From: Eledone cirrhosa
Taxonomy: Eukaryota
NCBI GenBank assembly: GCA_964016885.1
Contig: OZ024753.1
Coordinates: 18,972,001-19,036,000 of the forward strand
DNA: 64,000 nucleotides
Direction: 5' to 3'
Translations under genes and position numbers: made by a program
The notes under the pieces: generated by a model
The model's database searches: none
Seen by the model: only the letters and a program-made list of their open reading frames with translations
Told to the model about the DNA's origin: nothing
Part shown: positions 42,275 through 54,849 of the stretch, one piece after another
Numbering within the stretch: position 1 is the stretch's first letter
Layout: each line of letters opens with the position of its first letter

Positions 42275-44030
42275 TCAGGTAGGATTGATCAGTTATCGCA
42301 ACATCACATCAGCAAACACCATCATCTTGCTTGGAAGGTTGTTAAAGATCTTTCAGGCAAAAACTCAAACTCTGCAGTTAGAATCAAGGGAGGCTCTGCC
42401 AAAAAACGTCTTGAAAATTGGTCTGCTCATTTTAAAAACCTTCTAGGGAAAAAGGCCCAACTCCCTGATAACTATCAACTGCCATCCGTTCAGGTTTCAG
42501 AGCCTTTAGGAATCAACACCTCTCCTTTCACCATGCCTGAGCTCAAAGAAGCCATCAAACAGCTCAAAACCTCAAAAGCCTTTTGGCCGGAGGATAATAT
42601 ACCTACCCTGATTTGGAAGGATGAGCATTTCCACATCCTTTTGCTCAACTTATGTAACCATACTTTCGAGACCAATAAACCACCTAGCGTCTGGCATGCA
42701 GCTCAAATTATCCCCATACCCCAAAAAGGAGATCTTTCTTTAGCCACCAACTATAGAGGAATTTCTCTCATGGCAATTGCTGCAAAAATATACAAGCTTC
42801 TTCTTAACCGCTTAATCCCATTTCTTGAGCCAATCCTTCGTAACAACCAGAATGGATTTAGGAGAGGTAGATCAACACTTAGCCAGATTCTCTGGCTTCG
42901 CCGACTTATAGAGGAGTCCAAAACCGCAATGTAGACCTTGCACTCATCTTTGTTGATTTTTCAAAAGCCTTCGACTCAGTTGACAGGTCGGGATGTTTGA
43001 AATTCTACAACTCTATGGGATTCCTGATAACATCATCGCGGCCATACGTGTAATGTATACAGATACCAAATCAACTGTCCTGACCCCAGATGGGGAAACA
43101 CCACCTTTCTCAATCCTCGCTGGAATTTTACGGGGCGATACCCTTCCTCCGTATCTATTTATCATTGTTGTGGATTATGTTTTGCGCATGTCTGTGGATA
43201 GGATTCAGGATAGGGGATACCAACTACAGCCTAGGAGAATCTCACGCTACCCAGCAAAATACTTGACCGACACCGACTTTGCTGACGACATCGCATTGAT
43301 CAGTATGTCACTGGAAAATGCTGAGAGTCTTTTGAGGTCATTAGAGCAAGAGTCCAGCTGTGTTGGACTGTACCTCAACGAATCCAGGACTGAGTATGTG
43401 AACAGATGCGCAAACAGCCCAAACTACCCCATCAGACCCCTTAATGGTCCACCCTTAAGCATATTACAAGTATCTTGGCCCATATATCTCCTCCTCCAAA
43501 AAAAGATTTTCTAACCAGGAAGGGTATGGCATGGTCAGCGTGCAATGACATGCACGCCATATGGACATCTCAACTTACCAACAAGCTAAAACTGGAAATA
43601 TTCCAAGCAACCATTAAGCCCATATTAATTTATTGATCCGAAACTTGGACACTAACATCACAACTTGAGAGGAGATTGGATGGCACATATACCCGCCTCT
43701 TAATGAGAGTGCAAAACCTATCCTGGAAACGACATCCCACCTTGTCTAAAATCTATGGCAAACTCCCTCGAGCCTCTGCCCTTCTAAAATCCCGGAGAGC
43801 TCAATTTGCTGGCCACTATCACCGTGCCAGCAATGAAATCATATCCGCTCTCTTGCCCTGGAACCCTGACTCCAGCCTGACTAGGAGTAGGAAGCTGTCA
43901 TTCCCTGACGTTATCTCTAGGGATACGGGAATCAGCAGACAGGACCTGGGGGCAGCGATGGGGGACAGCGGATTCTGGGGCATGAGAGTGAGATCCATCA
44001 TCTCGACAGTAGTCGACGAGTGATGATGAT
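42275..44030 (+). mobile_element. 5'-truncated RTE-like LINE (RT) with a (TGA)n tail
   Basis: [47 protein letters not shown]. Confidence 0.9.
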
Positions 44031-44043
44031 ATATATACACACA

Positions 44044-44081
<38 letters not shown>

Positions 44082-44246
44082 CATACATATATATATACAC
44101 ATACCTATATATATACATACATATATACATACATATATATATACACACATATATATATATACATACATACATATATATATATACACACATATACATATAT
44201 ATATATATATACATATATATATACACACATATATATATACACATAC

Positions 44247-44335
<89 letters not shown>

Positions 44336-44402
44336 CATATATATATATATATACACATACATATATATATATATATATACACATACATATATATATATAT
44401 AT

Positions 44403-44434
<32 letters not shown>

Positions 44435-44500
44435 ATATATACATATATACATATATACATATATATATACATACACATATATATGTGTATGTGTGTATGT
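44030..44500. repeat. (TA)n compound microsatellite
   Basis: Direct reading. Confidence 0.95.
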
Positions 44501-44927
44501 ATGTAAAAGTTAAACTGAAATAACAACACAATCGGTACAGTATATGGAGGGAATATATTAGGTTATCGCTTGAAATAGCAGGAATAGTGTCTTAACGTTT
44601 CTGGCGCTAGTCCTTTAGCAGAAGAAAGAATGATAAATAAGATAGGACGGCGGGTTGGAATTGAAAAAATGGCTTGAGTTAAAAATAACAGGTCTATTCA
44701 TGTTGCCATCCCTTGGTAACCTGTTGATGCCGGCGTTTTGAGTATAATACATTTTTTGTAGAAAATTGGATGATGGAGCACGTCTAACTGAAATGGAAGA
44801 AATCGTTTTTATTTCGAGCTATACGTGTGAGAGCCCGTGTGTATATGTGTGTGTGTGTATAAGTAAAATAATGTGAATGTGCTTGTAAGGGCGAAGCTGT
44901 GAGCAAAAGTATTTTATATATATATAT

Positions 44928-45643
44928 ATTAGAAATAGAAGCTTTCACCGTATTTTTGATTAAAGAAATTATGCCTAATAGTGGGCTTTAGAACCCTCAG
45001 ATAAATGGAAAAAAGATGAGTATTGACATACATAGGAGTCGAAACCACATCTTTGGTTATCCACACCACTATGTATGCTACCATTACACCAACACATCAC
45101 CCATCTCCTTCCATTCAGATTAGAAGCTACATTCTTAGCAAGTATAATGACAAATAAGTATGTTTGTTTTAAAACAGTGAGGAAGTTTGAAATTAGAAAT
45201 AGAAGCTTTCACTGTGGTTTTGACTAAAGAAATTTTAGCCTGATAGTACGTCAATACTCATCTTTTTCATTTTATCTGAGGGTTCTAAACCCCATTACCA
45301 GGCTAACATTTCTTTAGTCAAAAATACGGTGAAAGCTTCTATTTCTAATTTCAAAATTGCTCACAGTTTAAAAACAAACGTACTTACTTGTCATTTTACT
45401 TGCTAAGAATGTAGCTTCTAATTTGAATGGAAGGAGATGGGTGATGTGTTGGTGTAATGGTAGCACAGTGGTGTGGATAACCAAAGATGTGGGTATCGGC
45501 TCGCATGTTCGTCAATACTCATCTTTTTCCATTTATCTGAGGGTTCTAAACGCCACTATCAGGTTAAAATTTCTTTACTCAAAGATACGGTGAAAGCGTC
45601 TATTTCTAATTTCAAACTTGCTCACTGTTTCAAAACAAACATA

Positions 45644-45648
<5 letters not shown>
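44928..45648. repeat. Inverted plus tandem array of a ~260-bp unit containing tRNA-like A/B boxes
   Basis: 44928-45247 is inverted relative to 45250-45648. TGGTGTAATGG and GGTTTCGACTCC boxes are present. Another fragment lies at 47835-47915. Confidence 0.75.
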
Positions 45649-45724
<76 letters not shown>

Positions 45725-45731
<7 letters not shown>

Positions 45732-46628
45732 TAACAGATTAAAGTTTAAGCAAAGAATCGCTGCTTTCACCCTTAACGGGATCATCGGAAACTAAAAAAA
45801 TCAATCTGTGAACGCAGAAGTAAATATTTTGAGAAACGTTGCAGTCGAAGGAAAACACGAAGACGATACATTGGGTCGTGAAGACGTTCCCTGGCACAAA
45901 ACGGAAAAAAAAGCGAAGAAAATACGTCGCTATGTGGAGCGGGAGAAAATTACACACAACGACAAAACCACGTTTATGGTATAAATGAAGTTGTAGACTA
46001 ATATTCTATTTAGGAAACTGAATGATTCTCGGCTTCGCAGTTAAGAATAATGTAAATATATTAGTAGAACGAAAATGGCAGAGTTTATAAAAAACATTAA
46101 TTATTATTGTTTTTAATAACCTCTGTCATTTTCACCCTTATGGGGTCGATAAAATAAAGTACCAGTAATACACAGGGTAATTGCTGGCCTTGTGCCAAAA
46201 GTAGAAACAATTATTCTTAACTCTGAAGCCGAGAATCATTCGGTTTCCTAAATAGAATATTAGTCTACGACTTCATTTATACCATAAACGCGGTTGTGTC
46301 TTTGCGTGTAATTCTCCCACGCTCCACATGACGACGTAGTTTCTTCGCTTTTTTCCGTTCATTACCAGGGAACGTCTTCACGAACCAAAGTATCGTCTTC
46401 CTGTTTTCCTTCGGGTGCAACGTTTTTCGAAATATTTACTTCTACGTTCACAGATTGATTTTTTTTTTTGTAGTTTCAGAAGATCCCGTTAAGGGTGAAA
46501 GCAGCGATTCTTTGCTTAAACTTTAATCTGTTATTTTAATAAATATTTGCTCTAGGGTTCTTATATATTTGATATATATTTATCCTGATCGAGCTCTACT
46601 TTGAATTTAGTCTTCACATTTATTATAT

Positions 46629-46632
<4 letters not shown>
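45725..46632. mobile_element. Long fold-back element of family X with a SINE 3' end in the loop
   Basis: Arms about 45725-46051 and 46210-46541. SINE tail at 46128-46215. Confidence 0.85.
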
Positions 46633-46676
<44 letters not shown>

Positions 46677-46790
46677 CTACCAAAATATACGGTAGTGTCC
46701 AATCCGTTTGAAGAACTCAATGTAATCCAAATATCATGAAAAGAGGAGATGCATTCAAAAATGTTCGATGAAAATCACAGGAAAAAAAAA

Positions 46791-46836
<46 letters not shown>

Positions 46837-46840
46837 AAGA

Positions 46841-46940
<100 letters not shown>

Positions 46941-46943
46941 CAG

Positions 46944-47031
46944 CTACAGGTCTAGAACTGGTTCATTCGTGAGAAATCATTAGGAGCTTCCTGATTATTT
47001 CTCACGAATAAAACAGTTCTAGTCCTGTAGA
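46944..47031. repeat. Small palindrome whose two arms give an HHR consensus
   Basis: The arms read CTGATTA..AAAA and CTAATGA..GAAC. Their consensus is CTGATGA..GAAA. Confidence 0.65.
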
Positions 47032-47344
47032 AGTTTCTCTATATTAAAACAGTTATACTCTGCTATGTATTGAGTACTTTACTTACTGTGGTTACCCACG
47101 ATTGAACCCGGAATGACATATATATATATGTGTGTATATACATATAATATGTATATAAATTGGGAGAGGATAACCAAGTTATACTTAAAACATTATCTCT
47201 CATCATCTTTACCTAGATCTATATTGGAAAACCCCAATATTACCATATATATAGGAATGATCGACTTTCGTCAAATCGGACCGAGGGAACAATGTTTCCG
47301 CTGGTCTTTCCAATTGCTAATACTATCTATCGGTCGCAACTCCA

Positions 47345-47472
47345 GGTAGAAGGAGCAACGTGAAATAAAGTATCTTGCTCAAGGACATAACGCATCGCCT
47401 GGTCCAGGAATCGAACTCACAGCCTTACGATTGCGAATCCAATTCTCTAACCACTCAGCCACACGCCTTCAC
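47345..47472 (-). mobile_element. tRNA-derived SINE (family 2), 5' part
   Basis: Minus strand has TGGCTGAGTGG (A box), GAGTTCGATTCC (B box) and CTTGAGCAAG. Confidence 0.8.
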
Positions 47473-47542
47473 AAATATATATATATATTTCGTTTCTGAA
47501 TTTATTTAGCAAGATGCTTTATCTGAAATCGTGTGTTGAATC

Positions 47543-47730
47543 CGATATTGTTATACTTTGGCGGGGTCGTGTTGCCAATAAGAAACACACGCACCAGTTG
47601 CTTTCACTTCAATAATAAATTTATAATAAATTTATAAATTTATAAATTTCTGGCTAGTTGGTTGGTTCCACAACCAGATAGTTGTTTATATATAGTCATA
47701 GATCTTTCGTCACACACTCTGTGCCTCTTC
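47543..47730 (-). repeat. 3' terminus fragment of the PLE A family
   Basis: Reverse complement of about 3271-3435. Confidence 0.8.
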
Positions 47731-47764
47731 TTTGTTCTGTCCTACGTATAACAATATATATATA

Positions 47765-47813
<49 letters not shown>

Positions 47814-48030
47814 GTATGTGGGTGTGTATTTTTTGGACTAAAATTTATGTTGTGAAAAAATACGGTGAAAGCATCTATTTTCTAATTTCAAACTTGCTCG
47901 CTGTTTCAAAACATACGTATATACATATATATATAAAATATATACATATATATATATAACATATATACATATATAGATATATATAACATATATACATATA
48001 TATATATAACATATATACATATATATATAT

Positions 48031-48083
<53 letters not shown>

Positions 48084-48726
48084 ATAGTAATAATAATAAT
48101 AATAAAAGGACGATTTGTGAAACCTTCATTACGTTTATTGATTGCTGACGCGTGTTTCGCTATTGATATGCTCATGGTTCGATATGTATCGATCTGGCCC
48201 GACTCTGGAATCAAAAGCTCGTTGGACATCTGCTGTGGTAATGACAGAATATATGTGTATGTATATATGGCTGTTTTCGTGTGTGTATGTGTGTGTGTAT
48301 GTGTTTGTTTATCACTGCGTGCATGTGGGTGCGTCACAGTGTGTATTTGAGTGTTTGCGTGTGTGTGTGTGTGTGTCTGGGTGTGTGTATGTGTGTGTCG
48401 GTGTATGTGTGCCTGTGTGTGTGTGTGCCAGTGTGTGTGTCAGCGTGTGTGTGTGTGTCAGTGTATGTGTGATTGCGTGTGAGTTTGTGTTAGTGTGTGT
48501 GTATATCAGTATGTGTGTGTTAGTGTAGTGTGTGTGTGTCAGTGTAGTGTGTGTTTGTGTATATCAGTATGGCAATGTGTGTGTGAGTGTCAGTGTGTGT
48601 GTGCCAGTGTGTGTGTCAGTGTATGTGTGCGTGCCAGTGTGTGTGTGTGTATCAGTGTATGTGTGATGGCGTGTGAGCCTGTGTATATACATGGCAGTGA
48701 ATTCCATAACATTATATATTTATATA

Positions 48727-49118
48727 GGGCGGTAGATTGGCAGTATCGGTAGAGGGTCGGACGCCATGCTTTCCAGCATAGTTACGTCCCTTTACGATCT
48801 GAGTTCAAATCCCGCCGAGGTTGACTTTGCCTTTCATCCTTACGGGGTCGATAAAATAAAGTACCAGTAATGCACTGGGTATTTGCTGGCCTTGTGCCTA
48901 AAGTAGAAACAATTATATATTTATATAGCGGTGGATTGGCAGTATCGGTAGAGGGTCGGACGCCATGCTTTGACGCATAGAGTTACGGCCCTTGCTATTC
49001 TGAGTTAAAATCCCGACGAGGTTAACTTTGCCTTTCATCTTTACGGGGTCGATAAAATAAAGTACCAGTAATACGCTGGTATAATTGCTTGCCTTGTGCC
49101 AAAAAGTAGAAACAATTA
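48727..49118 (+). mobile_element. Two tandem SINE family 1 copies (48727-48916, 48927-49118)
   Basis: Two complete head-core-tail units. Confidence 0.9.
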
Positions 49119-49291
49119 TATATTTATATATTGAATAAGTGAATAATTCAAGCTCTTCAGTGAAAGATAAAAAAGTACAAGCTTTTCCTGTCCTTCTACA
49201 GAACCTGCTTGCGGGTAAATATTACCTTTTTATTCACAGTTTATGGATTTAAAACTGGCTTTCATATTTTGTTAGTTATTTTATTAGACTC

Positions 49292-49473
49292 TAATAATTG
49301 TTTCTACCTTTGGCACAAGGCCAGCACTTATTCCAGTGTATTACTGGTACTTTATTTAATCGACCCCGTAAGGATGAAAGGCAAAGTTAATCTCGGAGGG
49401 ATTTGAACTCAGAATGGCAAGGGCCGTAACTCAAAGCGTCAAAGCATAGCGTCCGACCCTCTACCGAATGCCA
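49292..49473 (-). mobile_element. SINE family 1
   Basis: Reverse-complement match. Confidence 0.85.
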
Positions 49474-49949
49474 TATCTATATCTATTACTCGAATTGTTC
49501 ATATTGTATGTACAAAAGGTACAACAAAAAATCTGGTTTATCTGGAAGATTTTTTTTACTGTTTTTTGTATCACACAGACATCACGGACTCGCCTCATAC
49601 TGTAACCAGACAAACATCCTATACAGTAATTTTCTCTTTTACCTGTCTTCTCTTATCATCTGTTTACCCGGGCGAAGCTGGGTACGTCAGCTAGTCTATA
49701 TCTATTACTTCAAACGGCCACCCTGGCAGGCAATCCTAGTTTTATCAAGTATTCTCTGCCTTCTGTCGTATTTTATGGCTAAAGTGGTAGAAAAAAGAGA
49801 AAGTTACTGTGGATATTCCTTTCCGTAATATTGTCTTCCACATTTTCCCTCCAAGAATTATCTCAGAAGAGCGGTGGTTTTTCTCCTCTGAAACCTTCTG
49901 CTGTCCAACTATTTTGACTGTTTGTTAATATTATTGATTGAAGAAGAGT

Positions 49950-50225
49950 TGTGGATTGGCAGAGTCGGACACCATGCTTTGCAGCAAAGAGTTACGGCCC
50001 TTTATGATCTGATTTCAAATCCCGCCGAAGTTAACTTTGCCTTTCATCCCCACGGGGTCGATAAAATAAAGTACCAATCACGCACTGAGGTCGATTTAAT
50101 CTACTTTCCCCTCCCCCAAAATCACTGGCCGTGTGCCTATATAAAAAATCAATATTATTGATAAATAAAGTACCAGTAATGTAATGGGTATTTGCTGGCC
50201 TTGTGCCTAAAGTAGAAACAATTAT
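49950..50225 (+). mobile_element. SINE family 1 variant plus an extra 3' end
   Basis: Core and two tails. Confidence 0.8.
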
Positions 50226-50242
50226 TGATTGAAGAATAATTA

Positions 50243-50775
50243 CATATGTAGATATGAATATAAATATATATATATTTGTGGGGGTTATGTGTACATATAT
50301 AGATATATATGTCTACATATGTAGACATATATATATCTATATATGTACACATACCGCCCACAAATATATATATATTTATATTCATATCTACACATGTACA
50401 CATATATATTTATATATGTACTCATACCCCCCACAAATATATATATATTTATATTCATATCTACACATGTACACATATATATTTCTATATGTACACATAC
50501 CGCCCACAAATATATATATATTTATATTCATATCTACACATGTACACATATATATTTATATATGTACACATACCCCCCACAAATATATATATATTTATAT
50601 TCATATCTACACATGTACACATATATATTTCTATATGTACACATACCCCCCACAAATATATATATATTTATATTCATGTGTACTTATGTAGATATGAATA
50701 TAAATATATATATATTTGTGGGGGGTATGTGTATATATATAGATATATATGTGTACATATGTAGATATGAATATA
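50243..50775. repeat. 73-bp minisatellite with inverted terminal units
   Basis: CATAC C(G/C)CCCAC recurs at about 50350, 50423, 50496, 50569 and 50642. Inverted units lie at both ends. Confidence 0.85.
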
Positions 50776-51344
50776 TATATATATGTGTGCTGGGGTGGGG
50801 GTATGTGTGTTTGTGTGTATGTGTGTGTGAGTGATTATATGTGTGTGAGTGAGTGTATGTGTTATGTATGTATGTGTGTGTGTGAGTGCGTGTGTGTGAG
50901 TGTGTATGTGTGTGTGAGTGAGTGTATGTATGTGTATATGTGTGTGAGTGGGTGTAAGTGTGGGTGTGGGTGAGTATGAGTGTGTGTGTGTGTGCATGCG
51001 TGTGTGTGTGAGTGAGTGTGTGTATGAGTGTATGTGTGTGTGTGTGCGTGTGTGTGTTTGTGTGTGTGTACATTATTTTCTTTCTAATCCTTCCAATTTT
51101 AGAGCTATTCCTGTTAACTAAAAGTAAGGTTCTGAGAAAGTTGAAACAATCTCTTCAAATAATGTTCCTATATTGCCACAAGACCTTCGGTATTAATGGA
51201 ACTTCCATTCTTGGTGTGTGTATATGTGTGTGTGTGTGTCTGTGTGTGTATGTGTGTGTGTGTATGTGTGTATGTGTGTATATATGTATGTATATATGTA
51301 TATATGTATGTATGCATGGTTGTATAAATGTATGTGTGTATTTG

Positions 51345-52060
51345 CATACGCTTTGTATCTGCTGTTCCATTAATGGATTGTACTTATTTCCTAACCAGTT
51401 GTGTTCTTTCTGTTCCTGTGAATCCCAGCTTCTCAAGATTTGTATTGAGGCAGTTACTAACATATCCCAGTGTCCAATAATCACAGCTATAAATCTGAAG
51501 GTGTAATCAGGGTGGAGTATCTGCAGATTTCTCATTATTTCTGCATAAATGTTCTCCTTTTCGCAAATCTTTAATATTATATTGTCATCTGCTGGGCAGC
51601 TAACTTCCACTACTGTGCATGTTTTCTTCTCCCTGTCCAATATCATAATATCTGATATGTTATGCCTGCATTTTATTGGCGTTTTTATTGGAATGTTCCA
51701 CCAGTACTCTTCATATTATGTATGTTTCGCTGTGGTATGGCTGGGCAAATTTCCGGGGTGTGAGCGTTTCATTATCTTGCAGGGAGTTCTTTCGCGACTC
51801 ATAATCTTACTTGTCTCATGCAGAGGGACTTGCTCAATAGATGAGCACCTTCTCTTGGAGGTTTGTAAATGTTGTCGAAGGGATATAATTCGACATTCAA
51901 ATGCTGTCTGGACTGCTGTTAGGCCTTTGCCTCCCTGCTTACGTTTCAAGTCCAGGAGGTCTATGTCAATGTTGATGTGGAAGTTTCCACTTTTGTTTAG
52001 GATTTTAACACCAGTTGCTCAGATTCCCTAAATCGTCCATTCGAGTATGCCAAACGTTGG
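51345..52060 (-). mobile_element. R4/Dong-clade LINE fragments (RLE domain)
   Basis: ILDREKKTCTVVEVSCP..KENIY RLE motif and RKQGGKGL. Confidence 0.8.
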
Positions 52061-52084
52061 TGTATGTATACATGTATGTATGAA

Positions 52085-52622
52085 TGTCGGGTCACTCTTG
52101 AGTGCTACTGGAAACATGAAACCCAGTACAACCTGGCACATGATCGGGTCATCGGCGACTAAATCGGCAACCCCACCAAGTTCACTTGGTGAGGAGGCTG
52201 ATTTTGGACAACCTGCAGGACAAAAAACAACCCTGACAAAGGGCGGAAGAACTCATAAGAGTCAACGGGCATCCGAAAGTGTGTAAATATGTATATACAC
52301 ATATACCGCGCGGTTAAACCACTGGGAGTGAAGGACCCCTAGCCTTTGTCAGGGCATTCTTCTAGGAGAAGGCAACTCAGGAAAGTGAGATAACTCCGAC
52401 ATAAAACCTGCGGCTCAATAGTTACCGATGATGTTGATCTTTCTTCTTTTCAGGTTATAGCTACTGTCGCTCAGAGAGTGGGATTGGCTCAGTGCACAGT
52501 CTTTCCTCACTTTACAAAAAAATCTTCACGCACGGGCATTGTATGATAGAATTAATTGATAATTATTAATAATGTTATATCGTGCAATGGCCATACTCGA
52601 TAACAAGGGGCAGCCATCATGT
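52085..52622 (+). mobile_element. Non-coding RTE-related repeat (5'-UTR-like segment followed by an RTE 3' end)
   Basis: GC-richer block with CTAGGAGAAGGCAACTC. Its end CAATGGCCATACTCGATAAC.AGGGGCAGCCATCAT is shared with 58543-58579. Confidence 0.5.
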
Positions 52623-52897
52623 ATGTACGTATATATTTGTTTATATTAACATGTATATATGCAAGTATGTACGTGTGTATATGTGTATGTATGATCTTTC
52701 TGTATCGGTTGAGGTTGTGCGGTCACGTGTTCCGGATGTTTGATGATCGTATTCCAAAGCAACTCTATTGGTGGTGGTTGTGGTATTATTATTAGAAATG
52801 CCCATTTGTACTGTCATGTATTGTCCTGTACTGTCCTTAATGTCTACTTTATGTAAACCCTTGTGGTTAATAAAGAAAACATTATTATTATTATTAT

Positions 52898-52963
52898 TAG
52901 TAGTAGTAGTAGTAGTAGTAGTAGCAGTGTTACTAGTAGTAGTAGTAGTAGTAGTAGTGTTAC

Positions 52964-53007
<44 letters not shown>

Positions 53008-53065
53008 TTACTAGTAGTAGTAGTAGTGGTGTTAGTAGTAGTAGCGATAGTGGCAGTAGTAGTAT

Positions 53066-53100
<35 letters not shown>

Positions 53101-53171
53101 TTACTAGTAGCAGTAGTAGTGTTTCTAGGAGTAGTAGTAGTAGTGGTGTTAGTAGTGTTAGTGTTAGTGGC

Positions 53172-53202
<31 letters not shown>

Positions 53203-53280
53203 TTACTAGTAGCAGTAGTAGTGTTACTAGTAGTAGTAGTAGTGGTGGTGTTAGTAGTAGTAGTGTTATTGTTAGTGGCA

Positions 53281-53316
<36 letters not shown>

Positions 53317-53395
53317 GTGTTACTAGTAGCAGTAGTAGTGTTACTAGTAGTAGTAGTAGTGTTGGTGGCAGTAGTAGTAGTAGTAGTAGTAGCAG
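52898..53395. repeat. (TAG)n trinucleotide array
   Basis: Direct reading. Confidence 0.95.
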
Positions 53396-53569
53396 TTGTT
53401 GTTATTGTTAAGACAATATGGTTTGATTTCATTGTTATGCTATTTACAGTGGTGGAACTAATGACGGTGTTTATCCTCGTTATTGAGAACATTTCACAGA
53501 TTGTTTTATGAATCAACTGGCTTACAAGCCGAGCTCACCATGTTGGATGGAATCGCTGCCTATCATGAT

Positions 53570-53941
53570 AATAATTGTTTCTAATTTAGGTACAATGCCA
53601 GCAATTAACCCAGTGTATTACTGGTACGTTTTATCGACCCAGTAAGGCTAAGTTAACCTCGGCGGCATTTGAACTCAGAATGGCAAGGGCCGTAACTCCA
53701 TGTGTCAAAGCATGGTGTCCGACCCTCTACCGATACTGCCAATCCACTACGGGATATAATAATTGTTTCTACTTTTGGCACAAGGCCATCAATTATCCCA
53801 GTGCATTACTGGTACTTTATTTTATCGACCCGGTAAGGATGAAAGGCAAAGTCAACCTCGGCGCGATTTGAACTCAGATCGTAAAGGGACGTAACTATGC
53901 TGGAAAGCATGGTGTCTGACCCTCTACCGATACTGCCAATT
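53570..53941 (-). mobile_element. Two tandem SINE family 1 copies
   Basis: 53570-53748 and 53757-53941. Confidence 0.88.
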
Positions 53942-54849
53942 GTTCACGGTTGTATAAAACATATTATTTATGAGGGTGATTATACGTAAGACAAGGGAGG
54001 AATGTGTGTATGTACTTGTATGTAAGTGTGACTCAGTGTGTCTGTATGTATTTGTATGTATGTATGTATATGTGAATATTTCTGTGTATATCCATTGTTG
54101 ACGAAATAAACATTTGTTAAGCAACAAGAAGAAAACTAAACATGACATGATGTTATTGAGGTCCACAATGAAATCTCCATTTCTTTCCTGATAGGGTGAA
54201 CCATTTGTACTCAGCAACGTTCAAGATTTTCACTCTTCCTTCAAATAGAAGTGGGAGGTAAAAATATGTAAACTAAAACCCAAAACAATACAATGTAATT
54301 ACTAAATGAATGTAATCCAAGATATCGCTATTGGGCGGCCATTGAATACAACAAAGTGCTAAATTAAATTATAGACTTAACTTAAGAAACATTAAAACAT
54401 CGTAGAAGGAAAGCTGAAAACAAACCATACCGTATCAATCACTGTATGGAAATAGAACAAGTAAACAATATATCAATAACAGAGCAATAAAAAATAATTA
54501 AATTAAATATTGGATTATTTTAAATGAGAAGTTTCACATTTGACAATATTATCGTAAAGATATATGAACCCGAATATTTCACTGCTATTCATTTAGCGAT
54601 GGAATATGTATGTATGTATGTATATATGTATGTATGTATGTGTGTATGTATATATTAATTAATAATTATTAATAGTGTATTATTATTATTATTATTATTA
54701 TTACTTTTTTCTTTTTTTTTCCCAATTCAATGATGTTCCAGAACAATATAAAAGAGATAATTGGCAATTTAGGTTCTGGAACAAAAAAGATAATTGGCAA
54801 TAAGGGCAGGGGCCCCAGGTTATCAAAGCCTGGGCCCGCTCGTCATCGT

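Noticed and set aside
41714-44531. YIYI/VCVC/HTHT ORFs here and throughout the window
   Set aside because: They are translations of dinucleotide microsatellites.
52641-53516. Mucin-like poly-Thr, poly-Ser and poly-Val ORFs
   Set aside because: They are frames of a (TAG)n array with no other coding evidence.
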